This document shows, piece by piece, positions 14,174-28,100 of a DNA stretch of 64,000 bases; position 1 is the stretch's first letter; each line of letters starts with the position of its first letter. The notes under the pieces were generated by a model. It did no database searches. It worked only from the letters and a program-made list of their open reading frames with translations, and was not told where the DNA came from. The DNA is from Bigelowiella natans CCMP2755 (lineage: Eukaryota > Protista > Cercozoa). Location of the stretch: the NCBI GenBank assembly GCA_000320545.1, contig ADNK01000533.1, positions 1 through 64,000 on the forward strand. The letters run 5' to 3'. A program made the position numbers and the translations under genes.

Positions 14174-15983
14174 TTATGGCTGTAGCAGAAAATCAATTCG
14201 AAACCAAAACGCATCTGTTAGGGAACTAAATTTATTGAAATAATTCGCGAAAAAATTCCTATGAGTGCTGTTAAATACTCGATGTAGTGGCCCATCCGTG
14301 GTACTAATCTCATCTCAACGTTGAGACCATAGCTCTTTAGTTCCTTCATTCCCGCCAACGCGAGCTGAGGCCTCACGACGTCGTCATCTTTGCCATGATA
14401 AGCAAGAATCTAAATGAAAAATAATAGCCGTTCGTGAAGACCAGTCTCTAAGCTCCAGAGCATCATTGTAACGAATATAACTTATATTACTTTAGTTTCC
14501 TGGTTCGCTTCGGCGAAGGCCTCCGGATATCTGTATCAGAGAACAGTCAGAAAAAACACGCTTACACATTCAATCAGTTTGGGTTAGAGGTGGACAGTGC
14601 CGATTACATACCTCTCAAACTCAACCACATAGCCAGCCCACATCATTACCGCACACAACTTGACCGGATAACGCAAACTAAAAAAGATTTCATTTAACCT
14701 CAGTCGAAGGACAACGAAAGCAAAGGCGGCGGCGATACATACGCTGCATGAAGTGCTAGGGAAGCTCCTTGACCAAAACCCTGAGCCATATTATTGGAAG
14801 AGCAAAAAGATAAATAGTGAGGTCCAGCGTGCAGATCATAGTGACTGCTGAAGAAAAGTACCGCAATTATTATATTTTCTGAGCCGATGATTGCTTCCTC
14901 GTGTTCCAGAATACGTATGACAGCCTGACCGTGTTTACCCAAACGTATCACAAGTTAAGTTTTCCCCATTTTTTAAAAAAATGTTTGGTCCACATGGCCG
15001 ACCTGGTGACTCTCGCGGATCCCCGCTGCGTCTTCTTCATCCGCTGGGTTTCCTTGAGAGTCCTCCTGCTCAATATCCCACCTATCGATACAATGAGAGA
15101 AGATTACCACCAAAGCATATCTCAGACAATTCTGCGTGTATTAGTGACCATGCTCGAGCCTCTCGTTCATCCAGAGCTGTCAGTGGAATCTTGGGGGCGT
15201 TTGGAATTACAACTTTCACATCTGCAGAAATGGCATGTGGGAAAATATGTCATAATCGAAGAACTCTTCTTAATTTTTTATTTTTGCAGTACACACCATC
15301 TGGAGATATCATCGTCATCATTGTCTTGGCTTTTGAATTGCCCTCGTCGATCCTGAGGGGAACCCGTTGTTCATTATCATCATCATCATCAATTATCTTC
15401 ATCATCATCTTCTTCTTCTTCATCATATCTTCATCATATCTCAGATAAATCTCTTTTTGAGATTTTCATGCTCTCTTACCCATGCAGCCAAACCAGGGTG
15501 TACTTGTGGTGCTCCGGATCGATGATGTGGCACGTGTCAAGGATATCATCTAACGTTTACATCTAAGTCAGGGCACTGATCATATATCTTCTCTGGTTTG
15601 TTCGAGAGAAGCTATCTCTACTAATGCACGCACAACCTGGCTCTTCGTCATCAGGATCCACCAATGGCGAGCGATAGAGGTTTCTTTCAATTTTCTTTGC
15701 AAGTCTAGAAAATAGGGCAGCAACAGTAGCATAATCATCGAATAGACGGACATCACTCTTTCGGGATGGCATGCAAGTTTGAATCATACCCCTTCCTCTC
15801 GACACGCTGTCGCTCCTTTTCCTGGAAGATCTCCATAATTCTGCGTTTTCGTTCCTCCGCGTCTGCATCAGATGTGCTTGCGAGCCACCGCTTCTGCACC
15901 ATCTGTGCGAAGATTGGTGATCTCCGGGCGGCGGCCGGCAAGGCACGTCGCCAAAGCGCAACGGCTGCGGCGTTAAGTGCCAT
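14174..15983 (-). CDS. Phospholipase/carboxylesterase (APT1/LYPLA-like alpha/beta hydrolase) with a mitochondrial-type presequence; nucleophile Ser absent
   Basis: Exons give TLVWLHG, VKVVIPNAPKIPLTALDEREARAW|WDI...EDAAGI, SENIIIA|GFGQGASLALHAA and ILAYHGKDDDVV...MGHY; the N-terminus is Arg/Ala-rich; last exon uncertain. Confidence 0.85.
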
Positions 15984-16227
15984 TGCGAGCGGTCGGTCCG
16001 GTTCGACGATTGCCTGTGGGAACGCTGGTCGTTTTAGAGGTGCGACGTACGGTATTGGGAACGAATACTTGGCGTTTTATACATGCGACATGGTATAAAT
16101 ATCTCCTTCCGGACACTCCGAAGCAGTAGTACTCGAAGAGGGGATAGAAAGAACAACTTCCGGGAGGGGAGGGAGGCACTTTCGAAGCGAGAGAAGAAAA
16201 GGACTCAGCCAGCGCCCTGTCGCAATC

Positions 16228-18911
16228 ATGTGGCGCTCCTCCTCCAGCAGCTTCGAGAAGCAAAGGGACAAGGTGGGATTGGGATAAAAAGAAGGGTATT
16301 TCATGACTCGACTAAGCGTTGTTCGTGTTTTAGGCGAAGATTGAAAGACTGGAAAGAGAGGTAGATCTGTTAAGCTCACTCTTTCGCTCCGCTTTGCTAG
16401 TTTATTTCGTTTCCATACACGGCGGAGATAATCTCTAGCTTCATATCTTAACTTAGAATCGAAGGGAGATTTAAAATTGGGAGAGCAGTGAAAAATAGTA
16501 ATCCTCAAAAGTTAAGACGCTATATTGTATATGTTTGGATGCAGGTCGCCTCCCTACGAGCTGAGATGGCAACAGTCAAGGTGCGTGAGGCGCTTGCTTT
16601 TTACATAGCACGCATAGCAGATTGCAGATTCGTATTTTGATTCGAATTTTAAATAATATCCAGGAGACATGCAAGCTTCTCCTGAGAACGTTTTCCCCAT
16701 CTCTACCTGCGGAGTCTCAACAGCTTTTGCAGCATCTCGACTCGGCTGGGGGTACCTCCGGAAGGCAGCAAAATTTCGCCCAAAGGAGAACGGCGCCGCC
16801 TGTGCGGGCAGCTCCTCCATCGCATCAACAGCCAAACGTTAGACAAGCAAGAACGGTGACACAACGAGCTCCGAAGAATGAATCACCCAAAGCAGGTCAG
16901 AATGTGCATAGGAAGCAGTGAGTCAACGCTGTTGTTTGATGAATATCGACGCCTAATCACAGCTCCCGAGGGAGTCGTTGGCGCCTACAATAGCTCTGTT
17001 ATGGGAGACGGCCAACTGATCTCCCATTTCGAACAGCCTTCTGTTTTGGTCGTTAAGGGGATCACTGGGTATTCGTCTTTCTCTCTCTCTCTCTTTCTCT
17101 CTTTCTCTCTCTCTTCCCTCCCCCCCCCCCCCTTATCTCTCCCCCTCTCTCACAAGACGTTGTCTAGAGCCATTCATCATTATCATCATCATCATCATAA
17201 AAACATCAAATATCCTGATTTTTCCCATCGGATGACACGTTACCATCTTTCATCGTCAAGGTTCAAGAGTCTAGTCATGCATGACCCGAAACTTGCTGCA
17301 CAGGGGTAACAATAGCTTCAGCACCTGGCATGAAAAGAAAGATTGGTTGATTCGTGTATGCAATCACGCCATATGTAAAGGGGTCGGTTCTACTACGCGG
17401 TCGAGTTGCGCTACGACGCCCAGAAGGGCCCTCGCAGGAAGATACTCGGGCAGGTGTGTTGCAGGATATCTAAAGATGCTGCTGCTACTGGTGGAGACGG
17501 CATGAGCGGTGGTTTGGTTGTGGTGGTAGTGATGATGGTGATGAGGATGACGATGATGATGATCGAGGAAACAAAAGTTTGCAGGCTGGGATATCATGTG
17601 TTTATGTTGGTTACATCTTGTAGCACGACGCTCTTTTTCAAAAAATCGTGGTGCCTTAAACGAAGAATATAGCATTGATGGTGTGGAATTTTTTGTGTGG
17701 TGTTTGTGCAGTTCGGATGGGTGGCGTCTTCCTTCGTGGCCCGAGCGAAGTGGTCCCGTGGATACGGCGTTGGTGACTACGACGACTCTTGGGTGAATCA
17801 CTAAAATGATAGCCGCATTGATACGGATAGATCGAGACTTACGAGGATCGATCCCCCCCGCCCCCCCACCTCTGGCTGAGATGCTGCTCACCACCACTGT
17901 CAATTCCTCATTCATCAGGCGGTGGACTTCTCGAGGCAAGAGGCCTTCCATGCCGCGAAGTCGAAGAAATACGGCCTTAAAGCGAAAAGGGGGGATATCG
18001 TTGGCTGCGGCATCGACACGATCCAAGGTGATGATGATGAAACAACAGGAAACAGACCCAAAGCGAACGATTCGACATCGTGAAGGGTACATGAGGAGGG
18101 GGGGGGGGGAAGGAGAAGCATGACAATGGTGATCTGACCCGTATGTTAGCACCGGCGCTAGCTCACTGACTTGTGCTTTCTTTCCTCTCTCTTTTTGTTG
18201 TCGTGCACGTGATACGTAGGGACCATCGAGTTCTTCCATAACGGAAACCCTCTGGTAGTAGTGTAAGTGAGTGAGTGTTTGACGAGTGGGTGCGAGAGTG
18301 GGGAAGGGGAGGACCACGCCACCCCCTTCGCGTCATCGTCATCATCAATACAATACAATCATCTTTCTTCTCCTCCCTCTTCTTCATATCATCATCATGC
18401 GAAAACGATGAAGGATATGATTTTTTATCCAACAAACAGAGACGCCATCTTTCTAATCTTAGAGACGCTGAAATTAGCCATGCTCGTAATGGGAACATAA
18501 TTGTCATTCACCTCTTTTCCCATCGAATTCGGGATGCCCCCCCCTTACCGTAGGGTCTTGCTTATGAGGTTGAATTCCGACACAAAAATAGCAGCCAAAA
18601 GTTCTTTCCCGGCGTTACTGTCCAATCTGCGGCTGGTAATACCGACGACACACGCTCGCCTCATATTGTGTACAAACGTCTCATGTGTGGTCGGGTTTCA
18701 GTAAATGATTGCTGACCCCCCCCCCCTTTGCTTGCTCGTTGGCGGTCTTCTTCCATTCCCTAGTTGTTGCTGTCTACGTTGATGCGGATAACATGCCGAG
18801 GGGTGTTCCCCCCGGTTATAAAGCTGTTGGGAAGGATCTTAGGTATGCTGGGCTGGCAGTAGTTGCATACAATGGAGAGCCTTCGATTCTCTCTCTTCCC
18901 CCTTCCCCCTC

Positions 18912-18949
<38 letters not shown>

Positions 18950-19506
18950 CTCTCTGTATTTGTGAGTGTGTGTGTGTGTGTCATTCTGTTCTCTGGTTCT
19001 TTGAATCTTGGAACTAGCGATTTGGTTTCTGAAGTTGGAACAGAGCCAGGAATAGTTTTGCATCATTCATCTTCCCATTACCTCCTTCCCCCAACCCCCA
19101 GACCCCCGGATGTGAGAAGAGATGCAACCTACCAAGGTTGAAGAGGAAAAAAAGGGGGAAGAAGGGAAGGGAGAGGGATGATGACTATCATCACCGTGGA
19201 AAAATACTAAGTACCCGTCGAAAGTATCATCTTTTCCCTTATTCTAGTATTGTACGCAACTTACTCTCTCTATCCTCTTCTTCTTCTTCTTCTTCTTCTT
19301 CGTCTCTTCTCTACTCTCCCGCGCTCCCCATTACCATTATCTTCCTCGTTGTCTTCATCGCATCATCGCCATTTATTGCATTTCTTTCCCTTAGCGTCGC
19401 TGTCGAATAAGGCTTCTTCCCCGTCCGATGTGAAGCAACTCGTGACAGAAAACAGGGCGTTCTCGACGCTCGTGCTGCAGAATAACATCAATCGGAGAAG
19501 TGTGTA

Positions 19507-19541
<35 letters not shown>

Positions 19542-19792
19542 AAGAGAGAATGGAACCCAAAAACAAACCAGATGCACAGGGAAAGACACGATGAAACGAG
19601 AATTCTTTGAATAGATTGGTTGAAATCAAACAGGCCGAAGGCATTCCGATGCCCTGCTATATTTTGCACCACCCCGCTTCTTCGCTCATCCCCTTTACAT
19701 TTATCCCCATCATGTGGCTGGTGGTGGCCATTCGGATTTCCCGTCACACACACACACATCCACACACACACACACACACACCTACATATATC

Positions 19793-19836
<44 letters not shown>

Positions 19837-19975
19837 CATGTATATTTATGTTTGCATATATTTACTGGAACAGATGAAGTGGCCTACAGCATGTACGGCA
19901 GGAGCTTAGTTCCAGCAGGATGCAGCTCTTACGATTACTATGGTCGTGATTTAAGTAGTAGTCAATTTGTACATA

Positions 19976-20006
<31 letters not shown>

Positions 20007-21163
20007 CTCTATAATATCGGCAAGAACGGTTGGAATAAGAATAGTTGTTAGTACCGACTAGAATTAGTCGCCTTCTTTCGTCTCACACACCGGCGGAAAG
20101 CGGGCGACATGTTCCTTGTGGAACTCACACACGAGTCTACGCGTGGAAAGATAACATTCGTAGATTGACCGCCATATGGCGAGGAAAACTGAATGAGAGA
20201 GAGAGAAAGAGAGAAAAAAAAAATCAAAACTAATACTACAACCCCCTTCTTCCCCCCCCCCCCCCCCCTTTCTCTCTTTTCCTTGCTACTGCCACGCCGC
20301 CACAGTGAGGGTGGCGTGCGAGGGCACGGTACTGGTGGAAGGGCAATACTACTACGAGATATTCTTCGCGTCCGTCGATAGATCGTACTTCGGCTGGCGC
20401 GTGATTCCGCAGCAGAAGGCCACATCCCCCTCGCAAAAGGTGTTTCTTCCTGGAGAACCGGTGATGATAACCGACGGCGGCAAGGATCTGACGACGCCGA
20501 AGATCAGCAAAGGGGCTCAGCTGTTCATTGGTTGGCGAAGCAGCAAGGACTCTTACGCTGTGCGGGTGATGAACCCCTCCGACCCCATGCACCGCGTGGT
20601 AGAAGTGCCCGCCTCCCGACTACGTGCCGTTCTCCTCGCTAGCCATGGCGACTACAGGGTCACGGTTAAGCCGGAAGAGGACAAGCTTTCGTTCCTCCTC
20701 AAGTTTGATACCAATGACCGGAGGGTTAGTTCTTCATCCTCGTCGTCATTATCGTCATCATCATCATCATAATCATCGCTATCACCATTGCCTCCTCCTC
20801 CTCCTCCTTGAACTATATAAAACGGATCGTTTGATTGATTCTTCACTGCTGGCGCTGTTATGTATGTTTATATATGTGTGTGTGTTGTATTGGCGAGCAG
20901 CTGTATCCCGGAGCAGGAGGCGAGGTGGTGATGCTAGACAACAAGACCGATTTCCGGAAGAATGGGAGAGAGCTGCATGGCGTCACCATAGGCTCGTTAA
21001 TAGATATGGAGAATCACCATATATCATGGTTTTTCGAGGGAAAGCTGGTATGTACTGAAAGTGATACATGCACACGCACTCTCAGCTTCTCACAATCACT
21101 GCCACGACAACGGACGCGGAACTAATTTTAAAAAACCTTTAGCCCAGCGCCCTTCTCCATGAC

Positions 21164-21199
<36 letters not shown>

Positions 21200-22108
21200 A
21201 GTGGTGGTGATGGTGGTGATATGATGTGATGGACAGTTCGGTACGGCAAAGATTCCGCCTGGAAGAGCATGGGCCCCACAATTTCTTACGAAAAACAAGC
21301 CGGAAGTGTACTTCTGCTTTGATAGGGCTACATGGAGATTCCCCCCTCCCCCCCCTCTCGGGGCAAGAGCAGGGGCACAAGTGAAATGGCTTCATGACCC
21401 CCACCCCGTACCTTCTCCAGAGCCGTTCCTCGCAGGGAACGTGATGGGGATGACGGACCCGATTGCCGAACAGAAGAGGGAGGAGCAGCGGCGGAAACAG
21501 AGAGAGGAGGAGGTGGAGGAGGAGGAGAAGAAGAAGCGCTCGCAGTCGATCCATCCGAAGCCGTCTCCTCCATCATCTGCAGGATATGGGCATGCGGTAG
21601 GAACCAAGGCGTCGAGGGGGGAGGAGGAGGAGGGGTATGAAGAGAATGATGCGTTCGGTTACCAGGAAGCAGAAGAGGTGGATGCGGCAGCAGGAGCAGG
21701 GGGGGGGGAGCAAGCCACAGCGGCTGCAAGCTCTAACAGCGCGTACGCCGACATTGCCAGCTCACTCAACTACGACAACCCGGAAGAGGCGGAGGAGCTC
21801 GTGCAGAATGCGTATCAGGAGCTCCAAAAAGACGGCGAAGCAGCAGCCGCAGCAGCCCCCGTCGAGAACTTCTACGCCGGGGCCGACAACTACATAGATC
21901 TGGGAGAGGTGTACGCCGATGTGGGAGAGGCGTCTACAGTCGATTCCGCCGCTGCTGCTGCAGAGGCTACGGCAAGCGACGACCCGGAAAGGAAAGGAGG
22001 AGGAGTGACAGAAGAGGAGAGGAAAGACATGGAGGCGAAGCGCAGGAAGCAGTTGGAGGCGCAGCTACGCATCCGGGAGGAAGGGCTCAAGAGGGGCGAC
22101 TGGGTATT

Positions 22109-22139
<31 letters not shown>

Positions 22140-25100
22140 CTTTATGCCACCACAAATATCAGTAGTAGTAGAGGTGGTGGTAGTAGTGGTAGTAGTAGTA
22201 GTAGTAGTAGTAGTAGGTGATAGAAAGTACAGCAGCACATTACTCTTTTCCTAAGATTTGCACGATGTCCCTCGGAGATCTCCTGCGGGTGGGCGCTGCT
22301 GCTGCCTGCTGTCCTTTGCTCAGTAGTCGCTGTACAGCCCACAGTAGAGAGCAATGACACGAAATAACCTATAATTTACCCAAGAACGGAGCAGGGTGCT
22401 AAATAAGAGTTGTGCGTGTTTGCAATTTTCATGCTTTGTTTTTTTATCGAAGAATTCAAGGTTCCAAGCCATATTGGAGACGCTTCCAGGGTCCACTGTC
22501 AAGGGGAGAGGGACAGTGACCGTCGAGGAAAAGGGGGCGGACGAGATCGGAGAAGAGGTCGATGATGATGATCCGTACGGCGTGCCTGCCCAGGAAGACG
22601 AAGGTATTATTGTTATTATTATTTTATTACGTCAGTGCCACGACGGGAGAATGAATGCCGTCGATGTTTGTGAGGAAGAAGAAGAATGATGATGGTTATA
22701 ATGATGATGATTGCTTGAGATTTAAGTGTGTATGGCCTTCCCCCATCCTAGCTCCAGTCTCTTCCTCCTCCTCCTCCTCACTTTCCTCTTTTTCATTCTT
22801 CAACCCTCCACCCATCCCCTTTTGCCAGGTGGCAGTATGGCTACAACGGCCCCTGCTCGAAGAGGCAGCGTTATCCTGTCGGCAGAGAAAGGCAAGGAGA
22901 GTGAGAGCGCTATGGTGGAGATATCCACGCTCATCGCCAAATTTTGGGAGGAGGCAGCGCCAGTCGCGCGCACGATCATCGAGGAGTAAGCAACCCTAGT
23001 ATTAGAAACACCAATCAACGGCAGAGCCAGCAAGGATGATGGGGATGATGATGACGACGAGGACGATGATGATGATGATATGCTTCGATGGCGGTTCTTC
23101 GCTGCTACGCTGCTGCTCTATTGCCACGTAGCTGAGTAATAGTCTGACAACAACTCTCTGCCCCCCGATCCCATGATAACAGGTACTCCGTGAGTCCGGC
23201 GGAGAAGACGTACAAACCATTCGGCGCGGGGGGGCTAGCCGGTGGCGAGAAGTACAAAGTTGGGTCGCTGTTTATGAAGTTTGCGAACGACTGGCAGGGG
23301 ATATACAAGGCGCACGAGTTTGCTCTCAAGGCCGCCAACCGGGAGATGCTCGGCCTCCGTGCCTACCTTGACCTAAGAGTGAAGGGACTGCACTTTCCGC
23401 TGGTTATCCTAGTTGACTACCTCGGCCACCGGCTCATCTGCTCCTCGCTCCTCCCCATCGACAGTTCTTCGCTCGTGTACGGGTCAGACGACCAAGGCCG
23501 CACCGTCCACATGAGCGACGGGGAGTGCAACCGCATTATGGAGGTATAGACGATGATGATGATGCAGACGCTATCAGCTCACGTCATACATGCATATAGG
23601 GGGTAGGGAGGGGGGGGCGGGCGGCAGGAGAAAGAGTTTCTTTCGGTGTCATCGTCGTCGTTGTCGTCGTCGTCATTATCATCACATCATCACCACCATT
23701 ATCGTCGTTGAATACGCCGCACATTATCAATGCCGTAACGACAATAACGATTTCATCTATTGCTGCCTCCTCTTGCTCCAGGCGGCGGGCAAGGCACTGA
23801 ATCTTAAGGGACACGTCGTGGCGGGAAAGACGATATTTTCGTGCGGAGATATTGAGGTGCACCGCGGACAAGATGGACGTCTGTACCTGCTAGATACGGC
23901 GCGTGTCTTTCCGCCCGAAGCCCCTGCCCCGATGATCTCGGCGTTGTTGATACCTCCAGGCGGTGGGCACCGTCAGGCCCGCGACATCACCCGCGAAAAC
24001 TCTAGGAAATGGAAGATCTTAGACGTCGAGAAGCGCACACTCAAAGAGAACATTCACTCGCTGCTCGGCGCTAAGGCAGAGGACGTCGTTGGCATCCCCT
24101 GCGAGTCGTTCATGGCCTTCTGCAGCCGCAGCGCCACAGAAGTCAACGTCCGCGCGTCCAACACCGTCTCCAAGCTGCTGCGGGGCACCGTGTGCTTCGT
24201 CCCCCGCACGGAGAGCCGGCACCTGTTTGAAATGCTCCGTCCGGAGCTGGTCAAGAGATCGCCCAAGCCTCTCTCGAGCGACGCCTGGAGCCGTTTCGGG
24301 CTGCACAATCACCAGGAGCACAACCTCGAGGTGCAGAAGGCTACTTCGCTGCTGCCGCAGGAGGCCATAAACGCCTTCATCGCGCGCTGCGGACGGGGCG
24401 AGATCGTCGCGTCACAGCAGGAGCTGATCCACGTGCTGCACAGCATGGGCATTAATTGCCGCTTCCTCGGTCGCGTGCGCAGCGCCATCAATGCAGAGAT
24501 ACAGACGATAGAGCGGGGCAACAAGAGCGTCCAGCTGAGGGAGCGGCTCAAGTTCATTGGCCAGATGCTCCTCACGCAGATGGTGGCCCGCGTGCACAAG
24601 GCCAAGATACGGAGGGAGCTCCGTGAGCTGGGGACGTCCTCCAAGCAGGCCGTCATTGCTCGCATCGTCAAGAGCCTGAACACCGCTCTTGGGGCCAAGA
24701 TGGCCCTGGAGAACCTTCCGATGTACATGCCGCGGAAGAAGAAGGCACTGAGACCCATGAGCATAGGCGGTGATAGCAATGAGGGGGGGGGGGGCGAGGC
24801 CGACGGCAACGGAGACCCCCTCGACTACCGGGCCGAGGTATTCGATGACAACACCTACAACGACATGCTGAAAATCCGCGTGCAGATGAAGTACGGGATG
24901 CGATCGAGCGCCTTCGCGCGCGAGGAGATGGAGCCCACTTTCTTCCTCATGGACCAGATTCCACGCCTGGGGCTGCTCTCTGCGTTGACCCTCAGTCTGG
25001 GGGTGCAAGTCAGGCTGGAGCGGATGATCGAGCTGGCCAAGCTGGACTCGGAGATCCTAATGGAAAAGCAGCGAAGGTATCGTCGATCCGGTGCCTTCAT

Positions 25101-28100
25101 GGAGCGACTTCAAAATCCTATCAAGCCGCAAGATATCGTGGCTGTGGAGCCCATCTTCCGTTCGCTTACGACGCCCAACGATCGGTTCCAGAGGGTCTAC
25201 GGCTGCCATGTAGGCGTGTATGAGGCAAAGTTATTAGTACGAGAAGCCCGCAAGTTCAACCCCCTCGAGCCCCTCCTCCACCGCATGATTAATCGCCAGC
25301 AGCGACTCCTCGCTCACTTTGAGGGTGTGCATGACAGGACGGTGAAGCTGACAGGAGAACGCTCTCTGGAGGCTGCCATGTCGCATATCCGCGTCTCGCG
25401 TTGTTACGCCACGCTGGCCTACTCTCTCAGAAAGCTCAAGCGGAAGAAGAACATGCAGAAGGGAGAGGGGGGAGCGGAGGAGGAGGACATCGATCCCTCC
25501 TTGTGGAGAGACCTGGCGACCCGGGCTGTGCAAAGAGTACAGATGGGCTTCAAAGCTTGCTCCAGTGTCCACGATAGTGACGACGGAGACGAGAAGGAGA
25601 GGGAGAAGGAGGAAGAAGTAGTTGAGGAAGATGAGGGCGGAAAGCAAGGAGGAGGACGCCGCGTCTCATACCCCTTGCCGGTGCTAGTGAATGCAGAGGT
25701 GGTGCTAGGCCTTGTTTCCCTGACTCGAGGGGAGATTAACGTGGCCGTGGCCATGCTGCGCAACGCATACGAGAACCTGCTGGTGGCGTTCGAAGACCTT
25801 CCCGATGATACAGATAGTCGCCGCAAGGAAAAGGAGCAGCAGATCGGTGGGCTGTGCCCCGCGATGATTCGCGTGGCGAGCCTGCTGGCGGAGGCACTGT
25901 TGATCCAGCAGTCGGACGTGAGGAATCCCCTGCTGCCCGGGAAAGAGAAAGAGTTCATCGCGGAGCGCTTCTCCCGCTCGTTCCGCATGTTCCAGATACC
26001 AGTCAAGTCGCTTCTCTCGCCGGCGCTCGTACTGGGTTTCGAGGAGGCGGTCCTCACCTCGGGTATTCCCGCGGCGTTCGGCTTTGAGGCCGAGCGGGGC
26101 GGTAGCTCCCTCGACCGATATTCATCAAACAACCCGCAAGCCACTGCCTTCATCCGATCCATATACAAGGTCAGGCTAGAGAAGACCAGGCTTATGGCTA
26201 CCAGGGGCGATCTAGGGCCGACGAAGTACCAGAGCTCCTCCTGGCTCAAATATACTAAAGGAGTTACCAAAAACTCACAGCAACAGGAGGCAGAAGAAGA
26301 AGAAGGGGAGGATTCGGCAAAGATCGCCGCGTGGCTAAGGAAGCTCGACATGGCCCATTTTGTCAGCAGCGCTCGCGGCTATGCGACGCAGGGTTTGCTT
26401 GACAGCGTGCATGTCGATTGGAAAGAAGACGGGGAGGAGAAGGAGGGTGAAAGCAAGCTCCCTCCATCCTCCCCCTCCTTCTCGAAAGACTCTCTGCCCA
26501 GCTTTGACATTGCTTCGCCCAGAGAGCTTTGGTTCTGGGGGGCAGAATCTGCGGCCCAGCGATGCTACCTCGTTGAGACCTGGGGCGAGGAGGCCCTATC
26601 GGAGCGAAGGCCTGCCACGGGCATCATCTCAGTGTCTAATGGAGACTTCGGGACGCTGGCGGCGACGGAGGACGGTGGCGTGTACATGTCCGGCGCCATG
26701 GCCACCCAGCCCGTTTACGTGGAAGAAGTCAAAGACCACAGCGACTATAAGCAGATGATATACATGAACAGTAGGATCCACACTCTCATCAGGCTCTCCC
26801 CTATGAAGATGCACCGAGTTATGGAGGTCAGCGTCAGCAAGCGCCACGCCGCCATGCGAACGCTCAAGGGCATGGTTTTCACGTTCGGCGAAGGACGGCA
26901 TGGGCAGCTAGGCCATGGAAACCTTATGTCAGAAGCATCGCCTCGCTGGGTAGAAGGTCTCCGCTCCTTTCCTGCGGCACAGATAAGCTGCGGTGTGGAC
27001 TTCACGCTAGTCAGGACGGCCAAGGGCGAGGTGTTCGGGTTCGGCGAGCAAGAGAACAGCCTTGCGCTGGGCACAGGGACGGGCAAGAAGATCGAGTTCT
27101 ACCCTACGCGCGCTTTGTATCCGCAGCCAATCCGAGACGTGTCGGCGAGCAAGGGCTATCACGTCGCTGTTGGACGGGATGGCACTCTCTACTGGTGCGG
27201 TGACATTACTTGCTTCGCCAACTCCTTTACGGGCAAGAGAGCAATTCCCGTCAGCGTGATGGTGCCCACACGCTTCGTACACTGCAGCGCGTACGAGGGT
27301 CATTGCGCTGCCGTTGACGTGGACGGGCGGCTATTTACATGGGGGAGAATCGATGCTGCCGCAGCCCGGTGCTCAATCTCGCAGTATAACTCCAGTGAGC
27401 TGTGGGCGCCACCTGACAACGTGTCCGCGTATCGAGGGCATTGGAAGAAGGCCAAGATATCACAGATATCCACCGGCCTGAGGACGACCATGGCAATCGC
27501 CAAGTCCGATGGCATGCTGTTCGGTTGTGGCGGGAAGCTTCCCCTGTACCGCAGATTCGTCAAAGTGACAGAAGGCAGGTGGCCGGTGAGGGCGGCTCCG
27601 CGCCCAGAGAGTCCTATCATCGACTTCATCGTCGCCTACAGCGGCGGCCGCGACACCCCCATCTGCGTGTTCGAGGAACGATTCACCAAGCACGTAGAGC
27701 TCGAGCGCGGGGGGCAAACTCGAACTACCTCCTGGGTGCGATGGATGAGGCATTCTATGGGGTGGTCGCCAGATCCGCACAAATGCTACCGTGTGAAACA
27801 AACGCATGAAAGCACCGGCCCCCAGGTCCAGATAAAAGAGGTAAGTCAGTATGGTTCGCACAGGCTCGTTCCATTGCTTCCGCCCTCGTTCTGCCATCAA
27901 GTTGTGTCTACTAGATGCGATAGCATGCTGGCCATCCTCTCGCCTCCCAGCAAGCCACAGCAGCAGCAGCAGCAGGAGCAAGAGGACTTCCTCTACGCAG
28001 CAGATGAGATCCTAGACCTCAAGGGTGCCCCCCCTGGTGTGAAGATCACTCTGATCGGCGACGAGGTTGAGCGCCCACCCGACAAGGACGCGAAGCTGTT

